Source of the DNA: an uncultured bacterium
Lineage (GTDB): Bacteria; Acidobacteriota; HRBIN11; JAKEFK01
Direction of reading: 5' to 3'
Assembly (NCBI GenBank): GCA_963777505.1
Contig: CAVZQN010000008.1
Span: 79,910-143,909, forward strand
Length of the DNA: 64,000 bases
In this document: positions 49,615-60,661 of the stretch, in pieces
How the letters are laid out: the number at the start of each line of letters is the position of its first letter
Numbering within the stretch: the first letter of the stretch is position 1
Notes under the pieces: model-generated
Database searches by the model: none
What the model saw: only the letters and a program-made list of their open reading frames with translations
What the model was told of the DNA's origin: nothing
Position numbers and translations under genes: made by a program

Positions 49615-50542
49615 CGTGTTTCTAGTAATCATATTGAGCCTTACTTCATTCATAAATGCCGCGACTGTCGTCGAGGAAATTGTTGCCCGTATCGGTAATG
49701 AAATTATCACACGATCCGATTTGAACCGTGAAGAACAACGTCTTTATACAGAATTGAGCGGCAGATATCAGGGCCAAGAACTGGAGGATCAATACGCACA
49801 GCAGAAGAAATTGCTTCTTGATTTCATGGTGAACCAGAAGTTATTAGAACAGCGAGCGTCGGAACTCAATCTTGATGTCAGTGAAGAAGTCTCTGCTGCA
49901 ATTAAGCGGCTTCGCGATGAAAGTAATATTCCGAATGATGAAGCCTTAGAAGCTGCTTTAAAGCAGGAAGGTTCCTCAATGAAAGAACTTCGAGAAGATT
50001 TCCGCCGGCGAATTATCCAGCAACGCATTCTTTGGAACTATGTTCAGGGCAGAGTGAATATTACGGAAGATGAAATTAAGACTTATTACGATCAACATAA
50101 AGATGAATTGATGACACCTCCAAAAACTAAAATCAGCCGCTATACAATCAGTGACGAGAATGTAGCAAAAGAAGAGCTAAAGACCGAAGCCGACTCTATA
50201 ATTGGAGAACTGCGTGCTGGTAAAGAGCCCGATGCAGCTGCTTTTGCACATTTGAAGGTTGATACAGGTATTGAGTTTACAAAATCCGATATCGATCCTA
50301 AGATTGCTGCAATCCTGGACGGGATAGAAGTCGGCTCGTATTCAGATCCCGTCGAAACATCAACCGGTTATAGCATTTTTAAAATTGAAGAACGCACGGA
50401 ACCTGAATTGATACCTCTTGAACAAGCACGTGGTAAGATTTACAACCAGTTGCTTCAACAACGTGCAGAAAAATATCAAAAGAGTTTTATGGAAGATCTG
50501 AAAAAACAAAGTTACGTAGTAATAAATCAGCCCCCTTCCTGA
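49607..50542 (+). CDS. SurA-like periplasmic chaperone / PpiC-type PPIase domain protein
   Basis: The ATG at 49607 overlaps the mfd stop. Signal peptide [18 protein letters not shown], then a SurA N-domain-like region, then a parvulin-like segment. Confidence 0.55.
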   Translation: MRNVFLVIILSLTSFINAATVVEEIVARIGNEIITRSDLNREEQRLYTELSGRYQGQELEDQYAQQKKLLLDFMVNQKLLEQRASELNLDVSEEVSAAIKRLRDESNIPNDEALEAALKQEGSSMKELREDFRRRIIQQRILWNYVQGRVNITEDEIKTYYDQHKDELMTPPKTKISRYTISDENVAKEELKTEADSIIGELRAGKEPDAAAFAHLKVDTGIEFTKSDIDPKIAAILDGIEVGSYSDPVETSTGYSIFKIEERTEPELIPLEQARGKIYNQLLQQRAEKYQKSFMEDLKKQSYVVINQPPS

Positions 50543-50543
50543 T

Positions 50544-51512
50544 ATGCCAGTCTCCCAGACAATAGAATCATTACATTTGATCGGCGCATCCGATGTGATG
50601 CAACAGCTTTATAAAGTCATCGGAAGAATTTGTAATGCCGACTGTGCAGTCCTTCTGATCGGCGAAAAAGGCTGTGGCAAAAGCATGGTTGCTCGCGCAT
50701 TACACTATTACAGTCATCGCACTCAGTACCCATTTCAAATGGTTGATGGAACACAGGCACGGGAAGCAAATGATGAAGATCTACTCGGTCTTGATGAAAG
50801 TCATGCGTTCGGATCAACATGTTACATAACTGGCTTTTCTTCCATGCCGGGATTTGTTCAACATCAGTTCGTTTCCATTCACAGAAAAAAAGAATATAAG
50901 TGTGCGCACACCGGTCAAATGCGAAAGCATAACTTGCGTTTTATTGTAGGAAGCGATGGAACCATGAAAGAAGAGATCGAAAGCGGGAAAATGCCTGCCG
51001 ATCTTTTTTATGATTGGAACTTCCTCACTATTCAGGTTCCACCTCTCAGAGACCGCAAAGAGGATCTTCCACTGCTTGCAAATCATTTTCTTGAACTTCA
51101 TTCGAAAGAAATGCGAATTTCGCCGAAAGAACTTTCACCTGAAGCCGTTGAGATTTTAAAATCACATGATTGGCCTGGTAATCTTGATGAACTCAAAATT
51201 GTGCTTCGTACAGCTCTTTCAAATTGCCGAGGGAATTACGTTCGAGCTGAGCATCTTCCCGAATTCCACAGGCTTCCTGCCTCAGATGCCTGGCCAAAGC
51301 TCGAAATGTTTTTGAATTCAAAGCTTTCCAACTACATTGAGAACTCTCCTCTTTCTTTACACGGAAATCTATATCAGCTGCTTCTACCGCAGATTGAAAA
51401 ATCAGTCTTCCGCTATGCGTTAAAGAAAACGAAAGGAAATAAGAACCGCGCAGCAACCTTCCTTGGATTGCATCGGAATACACTCAACAAGAAAATTCAA
51501 AATCTTGGCTAA
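50544..51512 (+). CDS. degenerate sigma54-activator-like AAA+ protein with C-terminal Fis-type HTH (no receiver domain, no GAFTGA, degenerate Walker B)
   Basis: Walker A LLIGEKGCGKSMVARALH. The GAFTGA position reads GSTCYITGFSS. A PPLRDRKEDLPLLANHFL arginine-finger region is present. The C-terminal NRAATFLGLHRNTLNKKIQ is an HTH_8. Confidence 0.6.
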   Translation: MPVSQTIESLHLIGASDVMQQLYKVIGRICNADCAVLLIGEKGCGKSMVARALHYYSHRTQYPFQMVDGTQAREANDEDLLGLDESHAFGSTCYITGFSSMPGFVQHQFVSIHRKKEYKCAHTGQMRKHNLRFIVGSDGTMKEEIESGKMPADLFYDWNFLTIQVPPLRDRKEDLPLLANHFLELHSKEMRISPKELSPEAVEILKSHDWPGNLDELKIVLRTALSNCRGNYVRAEHLPEFHRLPASDAWPKLEMFLNSKLSNYIENSPLSLHGNLYQLLLPQIEKSVFRYALKKTKGNKNRAATFLGLHRNTLNKKIQNLG

Positions 51513-51527
51513 GGATCTATTACGCTC

Positions 51528-53624
51528 ATGTCAAATACTTTTTCCACAACTCTATCTCTACTCTTTTCACTATGTGTGCTATTGATGACGCCTTCAGTAA
51601 GCCGAACACAGCAACAGGATGACTCGCAATTTCAAGAATCATTAAAAGCTGTCGTGTCGAAACTCGGAAATGAGCTCAGCGAAGGAAAAAATCAGGATCA
51701 AAAGAAACGCATCGAACGAGGGCTGTCACAAGCATCACAATTCTGGCGATCTGAAGATGGCGACGCAAAAACATTTGAAGCTTTTGCCCGGAAAAATATG
51801 ATCGTGGATCAGGCAGTGCTTGACGAAACATTTAAACGCCTGGAGTTTATTTTCGAGCAGGTGGGCGGACATATGAATGAGATCAGGCGTAATTTGCGTC
51901 AGCAAACGGATTTGGATCTAGGCCCTGTATTGCCGATCGATGAAATTCTTGGCGCTTATGATCCCTCAGCGAACTTAAATGATGACTTGTTCAAAAATAA
52001 ACTTGCGTTTCTTGTACTTCTCAATTTTCCCTCAACATCTTTGGAGGAGCGCCTGAACGCTAAAGATTGGACTCGCCGTCAATGGGCTGAAGTGAGACTG
52101 GCGCAAGCTTTTTCGCGAAGAGTGCCAGGTGATGCAAACCTGCAGCTAACAAAAGCTCTTAGCGACGCAGATCAATATATTTCAGAGTACAACATCTGGA
52201 TGCATCATCTTCTGGACGAAGGCGGTCAACGATTATTCCCTTCCGGAATGCGGTTAATTACTCACTGGAATTTGCGCGATGAGCTCAAGGCTGATTACAC
52301 CGATCCAAAAGGCTTTCCAAAACAAAAAATGATCGCCAAAGTGATGGAACGAATTATCACGCAGACGATCCCGGCTGTTGTCATTAACAATCCTCATGTT
52401 GACTGGAATCCATTCACGAATGAAGTCAAAGCCTCAAGTGTAAATGATTCAGGAAAGGCTGACGCGCCGAAAGATTTGACGATTACAACCGAAGCAGAAC
52501 CTGATACACGTTACAAGCATTTGTTAAACATTTTTCAAGCGAATCGGAGCATCGATCGTTACTCACCCACTCAACCTACTTTGATCGACCGAAGATTTAA
52601 CGAAAACCGGGAGATTCCTGAAGAGCGCGTGAGAGAGATGTTTCAACAGATCTTAACATCGCCCCTGATTCCAAAGACGGCGGAAGTGATCAAAAAACGA
52701 TTAGGACGTGAGCTGCAACCTTTTGATATCTGGTATAGCGGATTCAAAGCGAGAGGCAAATATACAGAACAAGAACTCGATGCCATTGTTTCAAAAAAAT
52801 ATCCGACGGCTGAAGCCTATGCTGCCGATATTCCAAATCTCTTACAAAAGCTTGGCTTTCAACCCGAGATCTCAAAATATCTCGCCGATCGGATTGTGGT
52901 CGATCCATCGCGAGGAGCAGGACACGCGATGGGAGCCGCCCGCCGTGAAGATAAAGCTCATCTGCGAACGCGTGTTGAAAAAACCGGAATGAACTACAAA
53001 GGTTACAACATTGCCATTCATGAAATGGGACATAACGTTGAACAAATTATTTCTCTGAACAAAATTGACCACACATTACTTCAGGGTGTTCCAAACATTG
53101 CATTTACTGAAGCACTGGCATTTGTATTTCAGGCACGCGATCTGGAACTTCTTGGACTTTCAAAACCAGATGAAGAATCAAAAGCGCAGCAAACACTTGC
53201 AGCATTCTGGACTGCGTATGAAATGGCGGGAGTTTCTCTTGTCGATATGAACGTTTGGAAATGGATGTACGATCATCCTGAAGCCACACCAGCTCAACTT
53301 AAAGAAGCAACTCTTCAAATTTCCAAAGATATCTGGAATAAATACTATGCTCCTTTGTTTGGACAAAAAGATGTAGTTCTACTTGGAATCTACTCACATA
53401 TGATTGATGCCATGCTTTATCTTCCTGATTATCCGATCGGGCAAATGATAGCTGTGCAAGTGGAAGAAAAAATTACTCAATCCGGCAATCTTGGAGCAGA
53501 GTTTGAGCGTATTTGCCTCACGGGAGCTGTCGTTCCTGATTTGTGGATGAAAGTTGCGACCGGTACACCTGTTGGACCCGAAGCTTTACTGCGTCAGGCT
53601 GAGAAAGCGTTGAGCAGTCTTTAA
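51528..53624 (+). CDS. secreted gluzincin metallopeptidase, ACE-like (M2-family-like) HEMGH...E
   Basis: Signal peptide. HEMGHNVEQ...GVPNIAFTEALAF parallels the ACE HEMGH...GANPGFHEAIGD zinc site. Confidence 0.45.
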   Translation: MSNTFSTTLSLLFSLCVLLMTPSVSRTQQQDDSQFQESLKAVVSKLGNELSEGKNQDQKKRIERGLSQASQFWRSEDGDAKTFEAFARKNMIVDQAVLDETFKRLEFIFEQVGGHMNEIRRNLRQQTDLDLGPVLPIDEILGAYDPSANLNDDLFKNKLAFLVLLNFPSTSLEERLNAKDWTRRQWAEVRLAQAFSRRVPGDANLQLTKALSDADQYISEYNIWMHHLLDEGGQRLFPSGMRLITHWNLRDELKADYTDPKGFPKQKMIAKVMERIITQTIPAVVINNPHVDWNPFTNEVKASSVNDSGKADAPKDLTITTEAEPDTRYKHLLNIFQANRSIDRYSPTQPTLIDRRFNENREIPEERVREMFQQILTSPLIPKTAEVIKKRLGRELQPFDIWYSGFKARGKYTEQELDAIVSKKYPTAEAYAADIPNLLQKLGFQPEISKYLADRIVVDPSRGAGHAMGAARREDKAHLRTRVEKTGMNYKGYNIAIHEMGHNVEQIISLNKIDHTLLQGVPNIAFTEALAFVFQARDLELLGLSKPDEESKAQQTLAAFWTAYEMAGVSLVDMNVWKWMYDHPEATPAQLKEATLQISKDIWNKYYAPLFGQKDVVLLGIYSHMIDAMLYLPDYPIGQMIAVQVEEKITQSGNLGAEFERICLTGAVVPDLWMKVATGTPVGPEALLRQAEKALSSL

Positions 53625-53640
53625 CCGCAAAGACGCAAAG

Positions 53641-56048
53641 CTACAATTCTCTTAACACTTTTGCTGGATCTAGTTTTGTAACTCTACGTGCCGGAATGTA
53701 AGCTGCTATTAAGGCTGCTGCAATCATCAGCAAAGTAACGCTAATCAAAGTCAATAGATCTGTAGGGCTGATTCCAAACAAAAGACCAGATAGAAACCGT
53801 GTCAACAAAAGGACTCCGGTCTGCCCAAACAAAATCCCAACCATCGTCAATACAACAATAGGATAGAGAACCGCTTTCAAAACGTCTGATGATGTTGCTC
53901 CCAAAGCGATACGGATTCCCATTTCTGATTTGCGTTGTGTGACTGCGAAATAAACAGTCGCATAAATTCCTGTTATTGCTAAAATCAATGCAACCACTGA
54001 AAGGATCGCCATTAAAAGCATCGCATAACGTTCTCTCAGGGTTGAATTTTTAACGAGCGATATCATCGGCTCAATACTTTGAACTGGCTGCTCCGGATCT
54101 ATTTCTAAAACCGTGCGGCTCACTGCGGCCGTCATGACTTCAGGATTCGATCCAGTTCGCACAACAATATTCATAACGATGTAGGGGATTTGAGCAAAAG
54201 GAACAAACAATTCCGGCTCAGCATTTAACAAGGGTCCATAGGTACGAGTATTTCCCACTACCCCAACAATCTCGTACGTTTGCCAATCAGCCCAAAAGAA
54301 ACGGATCTTTTTTCCTATTGGTGATGAACCCGGTGAAATCTGTTTTGCAAGATCTTCATTTACGATTACAACTCGCGGCGTATCAGCTATATCAGAATTA
54401 GCGAAAGCTCTTCCCCTTAAAACTGGAATGTGCATTGCTCGAAAATAATCGGGAGTCGCTGAACGGAATTTTGCCTTAGACGCATTCGCCCGCTGCGGTT
54501 CGGGTTGCTCTGCGCGATGATACGGAACATCAAAATCAATCCCAAATGGATTCATTGGCAGGACGGTGACGGCTCCAGCTTCTGTAATACCGGGAATACT
54601 TTTGAGTCGAGCAACAAGCTCTCTAAAGTATTGAATCTGTTTCCCGTTCTCCGCGTAATGGTCATCCATCTTATTCTCGCAACCAAAAGATTCTCTTTGG
54701 CAAAGCCCGAATCCACATCTTGAAGAAAGTAAAAGCTTCGTACAAATAAGCCGGCACCCATCAATAAGAAAAGCGCGATTGCAATTTCGAATACTACGAA
54801 ACGGTTTCGAAGCCTGTTCGTCTTTCGTGTCTCTACGATGCCACCGCTTTTTATTTTCCATGAGTCACTACGGGCTGGCTCAGAAGCACGAAGAGCCGGA
54901 ACCACACCGAAAAGAACCCCTGTAAGAATCGATATTAAGAACGTAAACAGCATTGAGTTCAAACCAAGGTTTGTTTCTGAGAGACGTGGAATAATTTCCG
55001 GATTTAGATTGAGTAAAAACAGAAAACTGAATCTTGCAAACAAAATTCCAATCAATCCGGCGCATAAACTGATTAAAAGACTCTCGATCAGGAATTGCGT
55101 TGCAACCCTTTTTCTGGAAGCTCCTAACGCCGCACGAATCGCTATCTCATGCTCGCGTCTTGTGAAGTAAGTGAGTACCAGGGTCGCTGCATTAATACAA
55201 GCAATGAGCAAAACAATGCCTACAGCAGCGAATGCCACAAACAGAATTGGTTTGATGCCTCCAACAATTTGATCCATAAGAGAGATCATTAGGATTTGTG
55301 ATCCGCGATTGCTGTCAGGAAATTCATTGCTTAATTGCTTTGCGATTTGATTCAAATCTTGCTGTGCTTGTTCGATGCTGATCGGTAACTTTAAGCGCGC
55401 AAAAACGCGCAGATAATTTTGACCTCGATCGATTGAGTCCAACCTCGCTCGATCTAAAATGAGAGACCCCCAAACATCTGCCTTACCCGAAGGACTTTCG
55501 AACCATTCCGGCAAAACAGCTGCAATTTGGTATGTCTGGTTATCAAGAAGGACGTGCGTTCCAATTACTTTTTTGTTGCTTCCAAATTGCCTTTGCCAAA
55601 ATCCATGACTGATCGCAATTTGATCGGCATCGGAAAGAATGCTTCTGCCATGCAGCGGCTTCACTCCAAGCAATTCAAAAAAATTTGGAGAAATACGCGA
55701 CCATGTAATCTCTTTTGCCGGACCCTCACCGGTCAATGTGACGGAGCTTATGCGCGATGCCGCTGCCATTCCTGAGAAAGAACGAGTTCTATCGCGCCAA
55801 TCGATAAAGTTAGACGCAGAAGTTGTATCCGCTGTGATGCCTTTTTCACGATTTGTTTCCCACAAAGTAACGAGACGATCCGGATTAGAAAATGGTAGAG
55901 GTTTTAGCAATACTGCATTCAACAGGCTGAAGATTGCCGTATTTGCGCCAATTCCAATCGCAAGCGTCAAAACAACAAAAGCAAAAAAAAGGAAATTCTT
56001 GCGAAACATGCGAAGGCTGTAACGAATGTCACTGAGGATTGAATTCAT
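53641..56048 (-). pseudogene. MacB/FtsX-type ABC transporter permease (two MacB_PCD plus FtsX units), apparently split by a -1 frameshift near 54655-54685
   Basis: ORFs 54552..56099 and 53641..54861 overlap in different frames and together form one ~800-aa permease. The start is at ATG 56048 (MNSILSDIRYSLRMFRKN). Confidence 0.6.
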
Positions 56049-56733
56049 GATCCACCTTTGAATTGACGCTTTGGGCAATTTTCCAAAGCCAGATCCCAAT
56101 TACAATTCTGACAAATGGTTGATACGTATATGAAATGAAATCAGGAACAAAGTTCATCCAGCTCTGACCTAAATACTCATTGAATAGTGTTATGAATCCG
56201 AGCAGAGCCCAAAGAAATAACAAATTGCTGATCCATTTCTCAAGCCCGGATCCTTTGCGGGTAGCAATCGCATAGAAAATATTTCCGAGCAAGAAGCCAA
56301 TCACTAGAAGAAAGAAGAGCCCATTGTTTACCTGCGTCCAGCTCATTAAGTTTTCTTTTATGAATTCCCGCACTTGTGGATCCGATTCATTTAGAAAACG
56401 GGATCGCCATCCATTGACAGTATTCATAACGAGCGAAACACGGGTGAGTTCAGCAAGAGCAAAAACGGCATAACCGCCTAAACCCAATCCGACCCATCCT
56501 GCAGCAGTTTTGTATTTCGCGGCGGCGATTCCCCACATCGAAGCAAAGACAAACAAAATATGAATAAAAACCACCCAGAGCCGGAATTTATAGATTGGAT
56601 TGTTTGAAAGCTGGAGTTGCTCTTCAAAGGTGCTGGCTGGATGCAAAAGCGGAAGTAAGTGAACTCCAAAGGTAGTCAGAGCAGAAAGAAACGCACACAC
56701 TGCAACAAATCGAAAAAAATTCTTCGAAAACAT
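56029..56733 (-). CDS. polytopic membrane protein (hypothetical)
   Basis: 234 aa with 5-6 TM segments. Overlaps the permease start by ~20 nt. Confidence 0.45.
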   Translation of the reverse strand: MFSKNFFRFVAVCAFLSALTTFGVHLLPLLHPASTFEEQLQLSNNPIYKFRLWVVFIHILFVFASMWGIAAAKYKTAAGWVGLGLGGYAVFALAELTRVSLVMNTVNGWRSRFLNESDPQVREFIKENLMSWTQVNNGLFFLLVIGFLLGNIFYAIATRKGSGLEKWISNLLFLWALLGFITLFNEYLGQSWMNFVPDFISYTYQPFVRIVIGIWLWKIAQSVNSKVDHEFNPQ

Positions 56734-56789
56734 AACAAACTACAATAGTAGTAGATTTAACTATTATTGTAGTTGAATGTCAATGCGGG

Positions 56790-58092
56790 CTATTTTTCGA
56801 CAGATTCGAACATGCGCAGACTTTCTGAACCGATTGAACGTACAACATTGAAATTGCAAATCAACCACTCTCCACCTTCATTGACCATCGTGAAGTTATG
56901 AGTTGCAACGCCATCGAACGAGCTGCCATCATTGAGTATTCCATAGAAACGGCCTGCCAAACTTGCTTTGGCATTATTTGGAGTCACTGCGCTAACTTCA
57001 GTCGATCCTATAATATCTACTGAAGAACGCTCCACTTGCGGCTGTTGGACTTCAATGATTCTAATTTCATGTTCTCTTCCTGCACAATTTCGTGAAAACC
57101 CGACAACAATCTCTTCTGCAGACAAAATTTCAATATCATCAAAAAGTCTTAAAAACTGCTTACAAACTCCATCAATTTCATTTTTTGCTTTTTCTACATC
57201 AAAAAATGTGACTTTTAATTTGCGTGACGCTCCAGCTTCTTCACCGGATGAATCAGTTACTTTTAGTTCCACTGTAAACTCGCCGCTATCAGCAAATCGG
57301 TGAGTCGTTCGCATTCCAGTCGCTTTTTTACCATCGCCAAAAGTCCATTCATATGTTCGGATTGCACCATCCGGATCTACACTGGATGAAGCATCAAATG
57401 TGAATAGTGTTGACGTGTAGCCGCCCCCTGGAGATATTGCGAAATCAGCAATCGGCTTACTGTTTTCGGCAACCTGAATCTCTTTTTCCACGCTATGTGT
57501 AGACTTCTTATCATCAATTACGGTGAGTTTTACTGAAACTTCCCCAATATCAGAAAATCTTTTCTGGATTTTTTTACCTTTTACAATTGGACCATCATTG
57601 AAAGTCCATTGAAATGCGGTAATTTTTCCATCTTCATCGGTTGAAGCAGCTTGCATCAAACTCAAACAACGTATTGATCGTTCCTGCGGCTGGAGTAATT
57701 GTGTAACGCGCGGTGGGTGGAATGTTGTCGCCTATTGAAAATCCTGATTCAAGACGTACAGATTGACTGCCAACAGTTACAGTAATGACTCTGTCCCCTG
57801 TATCAGCATTTCGCGCGACATTGACTGTCACTTTCACACGAGTCGAATCCACAAATTCCTGAGAAACAATTTCAAATCCGCCGCCAAAATCGACACTAAA
57901 ATCAGATCGAAATCCGGTTCCGGTTAACTCGATTTCAGTATTAGCCGCGCCTCGATTCACAGTTGAAGGCGAGACGGATTGAAGCGTCAAAGGTTGTTGT
58001 GGAACCGGTGTTGGCGGATTCGTAACACTATCCGAGCAGGAAATCAGACCTGCAAGCGCACATAAAACGACAACAATTCTAAGATGTTTCAT
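56790..58092 (-). pseudogene. lipoprotein with IPT/TIG-like and two PKD domains plus a C-terminal domain; +1 frameshift near 57640-57660
   Basis: ORF 57634..58092 has the lipobox LISC. Its PKD domain begins TLFEFDAS and continues in ORF 56790..57665 as STDEDGKITAFQWTFNDG. Confidence 0.55.
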
Positions 58093-58215
58093 GATCGATG
58101 GAATGTTCTATAGTTTGGAGATCGGGGATTATAGCATGCCCCAGCTTTTTATTTCAATCGGACAGAATATGCTCGAAAGAGCTGGAGTCAAACAGTAACC
58201 GCAAAGACGCTAAGG

Positions 58216-59226
58216 CTAATTTCCGATCAATTTTAGGGCGTGAATTGCATGGGTGAGCGGTGATATTTCTCGAGCGAGTGGGATCCACCTGGATTCGATT
58301 GTATCGGCCACCATATAAGACGCAGTATCAATCCATTCCCGATCAGTTAAGAACATTCCAAGCGGGCTAATCGCATCCAAGCAATGTCCTGTTGGATAAA
58401 CGATCGCTTTTGCTGGAGAAAATCGTCGCGAAGCAACGTCTTTGAATTTTTCACGCCACTGCTTGAAATTAATCGGAGACCGGCCTTTCTTATACCAGCA
58501 GCGATCGATGGAACCATCTTCTTTCTGGTTCCTTTTCATCAGAGCTGTTGCTCCCATTACATATTGGTAAGCATCTTTCCAAATTCCCTGGAGACGATCT
58601 GGTTCGACATCGTGCTCAAGACAGTATCGTGAGATCGAAAATGAAACACCTTCGATAACATGACTTCCAAAACATTTGCCTGAACCATATTCACGCTGCA
58701 ATAAGGATCGTAGAACGCGATCGACACTTTGAAGGTCGCCTTTTCCATTTCTCCATTCCGCAGTCACACCAGGGTTAACAGAAAAAAGCATTAGTGACCA
58801 GCTTTGTTCTTCGGGCGTCAGTACAAAACGATCCATTGCCGAATCGACAATATCAGCAAGAGTCCCTTGCGTGCCTTTATCCGTTACAATTTTAACGGTT
58901 TCAAAATGAACACCCGCAACTGCCATCGTACCGAGAAATTCATTCACATGTTTGTTCACCGTGAATGTATGTGAACCGGATGCGAAATACGGACCGTGTG
59001 AATCTTCTCGAACGATTCCACCCTCAAGTGGATAGCCCTGAATCTCGCGCGTCCCTGTGCAAAGGAATTCAAGAGCAGATTGAAATTTGCCTTCCTGAAC
59101 ATTGTAAAGAGGCTGCCCGGGCCCCCCTGCAAGAATCATGTGAAGGATTTGCTCGGGTGGAAAATCACTGTCGAGCTGAATATAGCGGAGCCTGCTGATT
59201 GCTTCCTCAATGGTGTGGATAATCAT
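58216..59226 (-). CDS. hypothetical protein
   Basis: 336-aa ORF. Divergent from the GntR operon. No recognised motif. Confidence 0.35.
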   Translation of the reverse strand: MIIHTIEEAISRLRYIQLDSDFPPEQILHMILAGGPGQPLYNVQEGKFQSALEFLCTGTREIQGYPLEGGIVREDSHGPYFASGSHTFTVNKHVNEFLGTMAVAGVHFETVKIVTDKGTQGTLADIVDSAMDRFVLTPEEQSWSLMLFSVNPGVTAEWRNGKGDLQSVDRVLRSLLQREYGSGKCFGSHVIEGVSFSISRYCLEHDVEPDRLQGIWKDAYQYVMGATALMKRNQKEDGSIDRCWYKKGRSPINFKQWREKFKDVASRRFSPAKAIVYPTGHCLDAISPLGMFLTDREWIDTASYMVADTIESRWIPLAREISPLTHAIHALKLIGN

Positions 59227-59342
59227 ACATTCCTCTCACCGCAATCATTCAAGACACATGAAAGGTTAAAAAGTTCCCGAAAATACACTTTCAATCTTAA
59301 GAATGCTCAGAACGAAAAACAACTGCCGGAATCATAAAAAAC

Positions 59343-59381
59343 TTGACACAACATCCAGCTTTGTACTAGTATACTAGTACA
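59343..59381 (+). promoter_or_regulatory. promoter (TTGACA-18-TAGTAT) overlapped by a perfect 20-bp palindrome TGTACTAGTATACTAGTACA (predicted YtrA/GntR operator)
   Basis: -35 at 59343-59348 and -10 at 59367-59372. The palindrome at 59362-59381 is its own reverse complement and contains a GT-N-AC GntR core. It ends 10 nt before the regulator ATG. Confidence 0.6.
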
Positions 59382-59390
59382 CTAGAAAAC

Positions 59391-59762
59391 ATGATAACGA
59401 TAGATGGACGTTCGCCGGTTCCAATTTTTGAGCAGGTAAAGTCAGGGTTTCGAGGTTTGGTAGCACGTGGTCTTATAAAGCCGGGCGAACAAATTCCAGC
59501 CATCCGCAATTTAGCTGAAATACTGCGAGTCAATCCAAATACAATTGCGCGCGCCTATCGCGAATTGATTCAAGAAGGATTTTTAGAATCCCGTCGCGGC
59601 GAAGGCAATTTCATTTCAATGAATGCACGCCAAAACATGAACAATGGACTCGAGGTAGCGAAGCAGAATTTGAAAGATGCAGTTCAAATGGCACGTCGAT
59701 CAGGCCTCAATTGGAAAGACATCCAATCAATCGTGGCTCGAACTAGAGGGGAAAAAGAATGA
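59391..59762 (+). CDS. GntR-family transcriptional regulator, YtrA subfamily (wHTH only)
   Basis: 123 aa with a GntR wHTH (IPAIRNLAEILRVNPNTIARAYRELIQEGFLESRRGEG) and a short C-terminal helix. Confidence 0.75.
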   Translation: MITIDGRSPVPIFEQVKSGFRGLVARGLIKPGEQIPAIRNLAEILRVNPNTIARAYRELIQEGFLESRRGEGNFISMNARQNMNNGLEVAKQNLKDAVQMARRSGLNWKDIQSIVARTRGEKE

Positions 59763-60661
59763 ACGAAAAATCGAATCAAAATGCAATTGTTCTTGAACAT
59801 GTTCAAAAGTCATTCGGCAAAAAAGAAGTACTGAAAGACGTTACAGGATCAATCCAATACGGAAAAACTATAGGGTTACTTGGTCGTAATGGCGAAGGCA
59901 AAACAACTTTATTTCGCATTCTCCTTGACATCCTCGCGTTCGATCGGGGAACGGTTCGATTACAGGGTCACACTCCGGATGGTTCAGGAAAAATCAGATG
60001 CATCGCCGGCTATGTGCCCGAACGGCCTACCTTTCATCCTTTCATGAGTATCAGCGATGTCTTTCACTATCGACAGCGCATCCTTCCCTCTTGGGATTCT
60101 TTACTCGCACTTGAAACAGCAAAACAACTTGAACTGGATTTGACCACTTCAATCAAAGGTGCCAGTAAAGGAACTCTGGCAAAGACAGCCTGGATATGCG
60201 CAACAGCGCATCGACCTAAAACACTTCTTCTGGATGAACCTACTTCAGGTCTCGACATCATTGTCCGCGATTCCCTTTTAACTCAATGCATCCGCGAGCA
60301 AGCTTTTGAAGATAAAACGATCATCATTGCAAGTCATCATCTTGAAGATTGGTTAAATCTGCTTGATGAAATTTGGGTTCTATCACAAGGAACTATTTCC
60401 GCATGTCATAAGTTGGAGGATCTGCGTGAAAATGCACTTCGCATAACAGGAACTTTAAGGCAAGCAAATCCTCCGGAAGGATTGGAAATCATTGAAGAAT
60501 TCCGAAACGGAAATCTTGTTGCATGGCTCACCATTGATCCGGCAACTTCGCAAAAACTTCAATCAATACCTGTATTGGATCAAATGGAAATTGAACCGCT
60601 ACCGTTGGAATCGACTTTAAAGCTTCTGCTGTTAAAGAAGGAGGTTACGCATGCTCGCTAA
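59759..60661 (+). CDS. ABC transporter ATP-binding protein with degenerate signature motif
   Basis: Walker A GRNGEGKTT and Walker B LLLDEPTSGLD. The LSGGQ position reads ASKGT. Confidence 0.7.
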   Translation: MNEKSNQNAIVLEHVQKSFGKKEVLKDVTGSIQYGKTIGLLGRNGEGKTTLFRILLDILAFDRGTVRLQGHTPDGSGKIRCIAGYVPERPTFHPFMSISDVFHYRQRILPSWDSLLALETAKQLELDLTTSIKGASKGTLAKTAWICATAHRPKTLLLDEPTSGLDIIVRDSLLTQCIREQAFEDKTIIIASHHLEDWLNLLDEIWVLSQGTISACHKLEDLRENALRITGTLRQANPPEGLEIIEEFRNGNLVAWLTIDPATSQKLQSIPVLDQMEIEPLPLESTLKLLLLKKEVTHAR

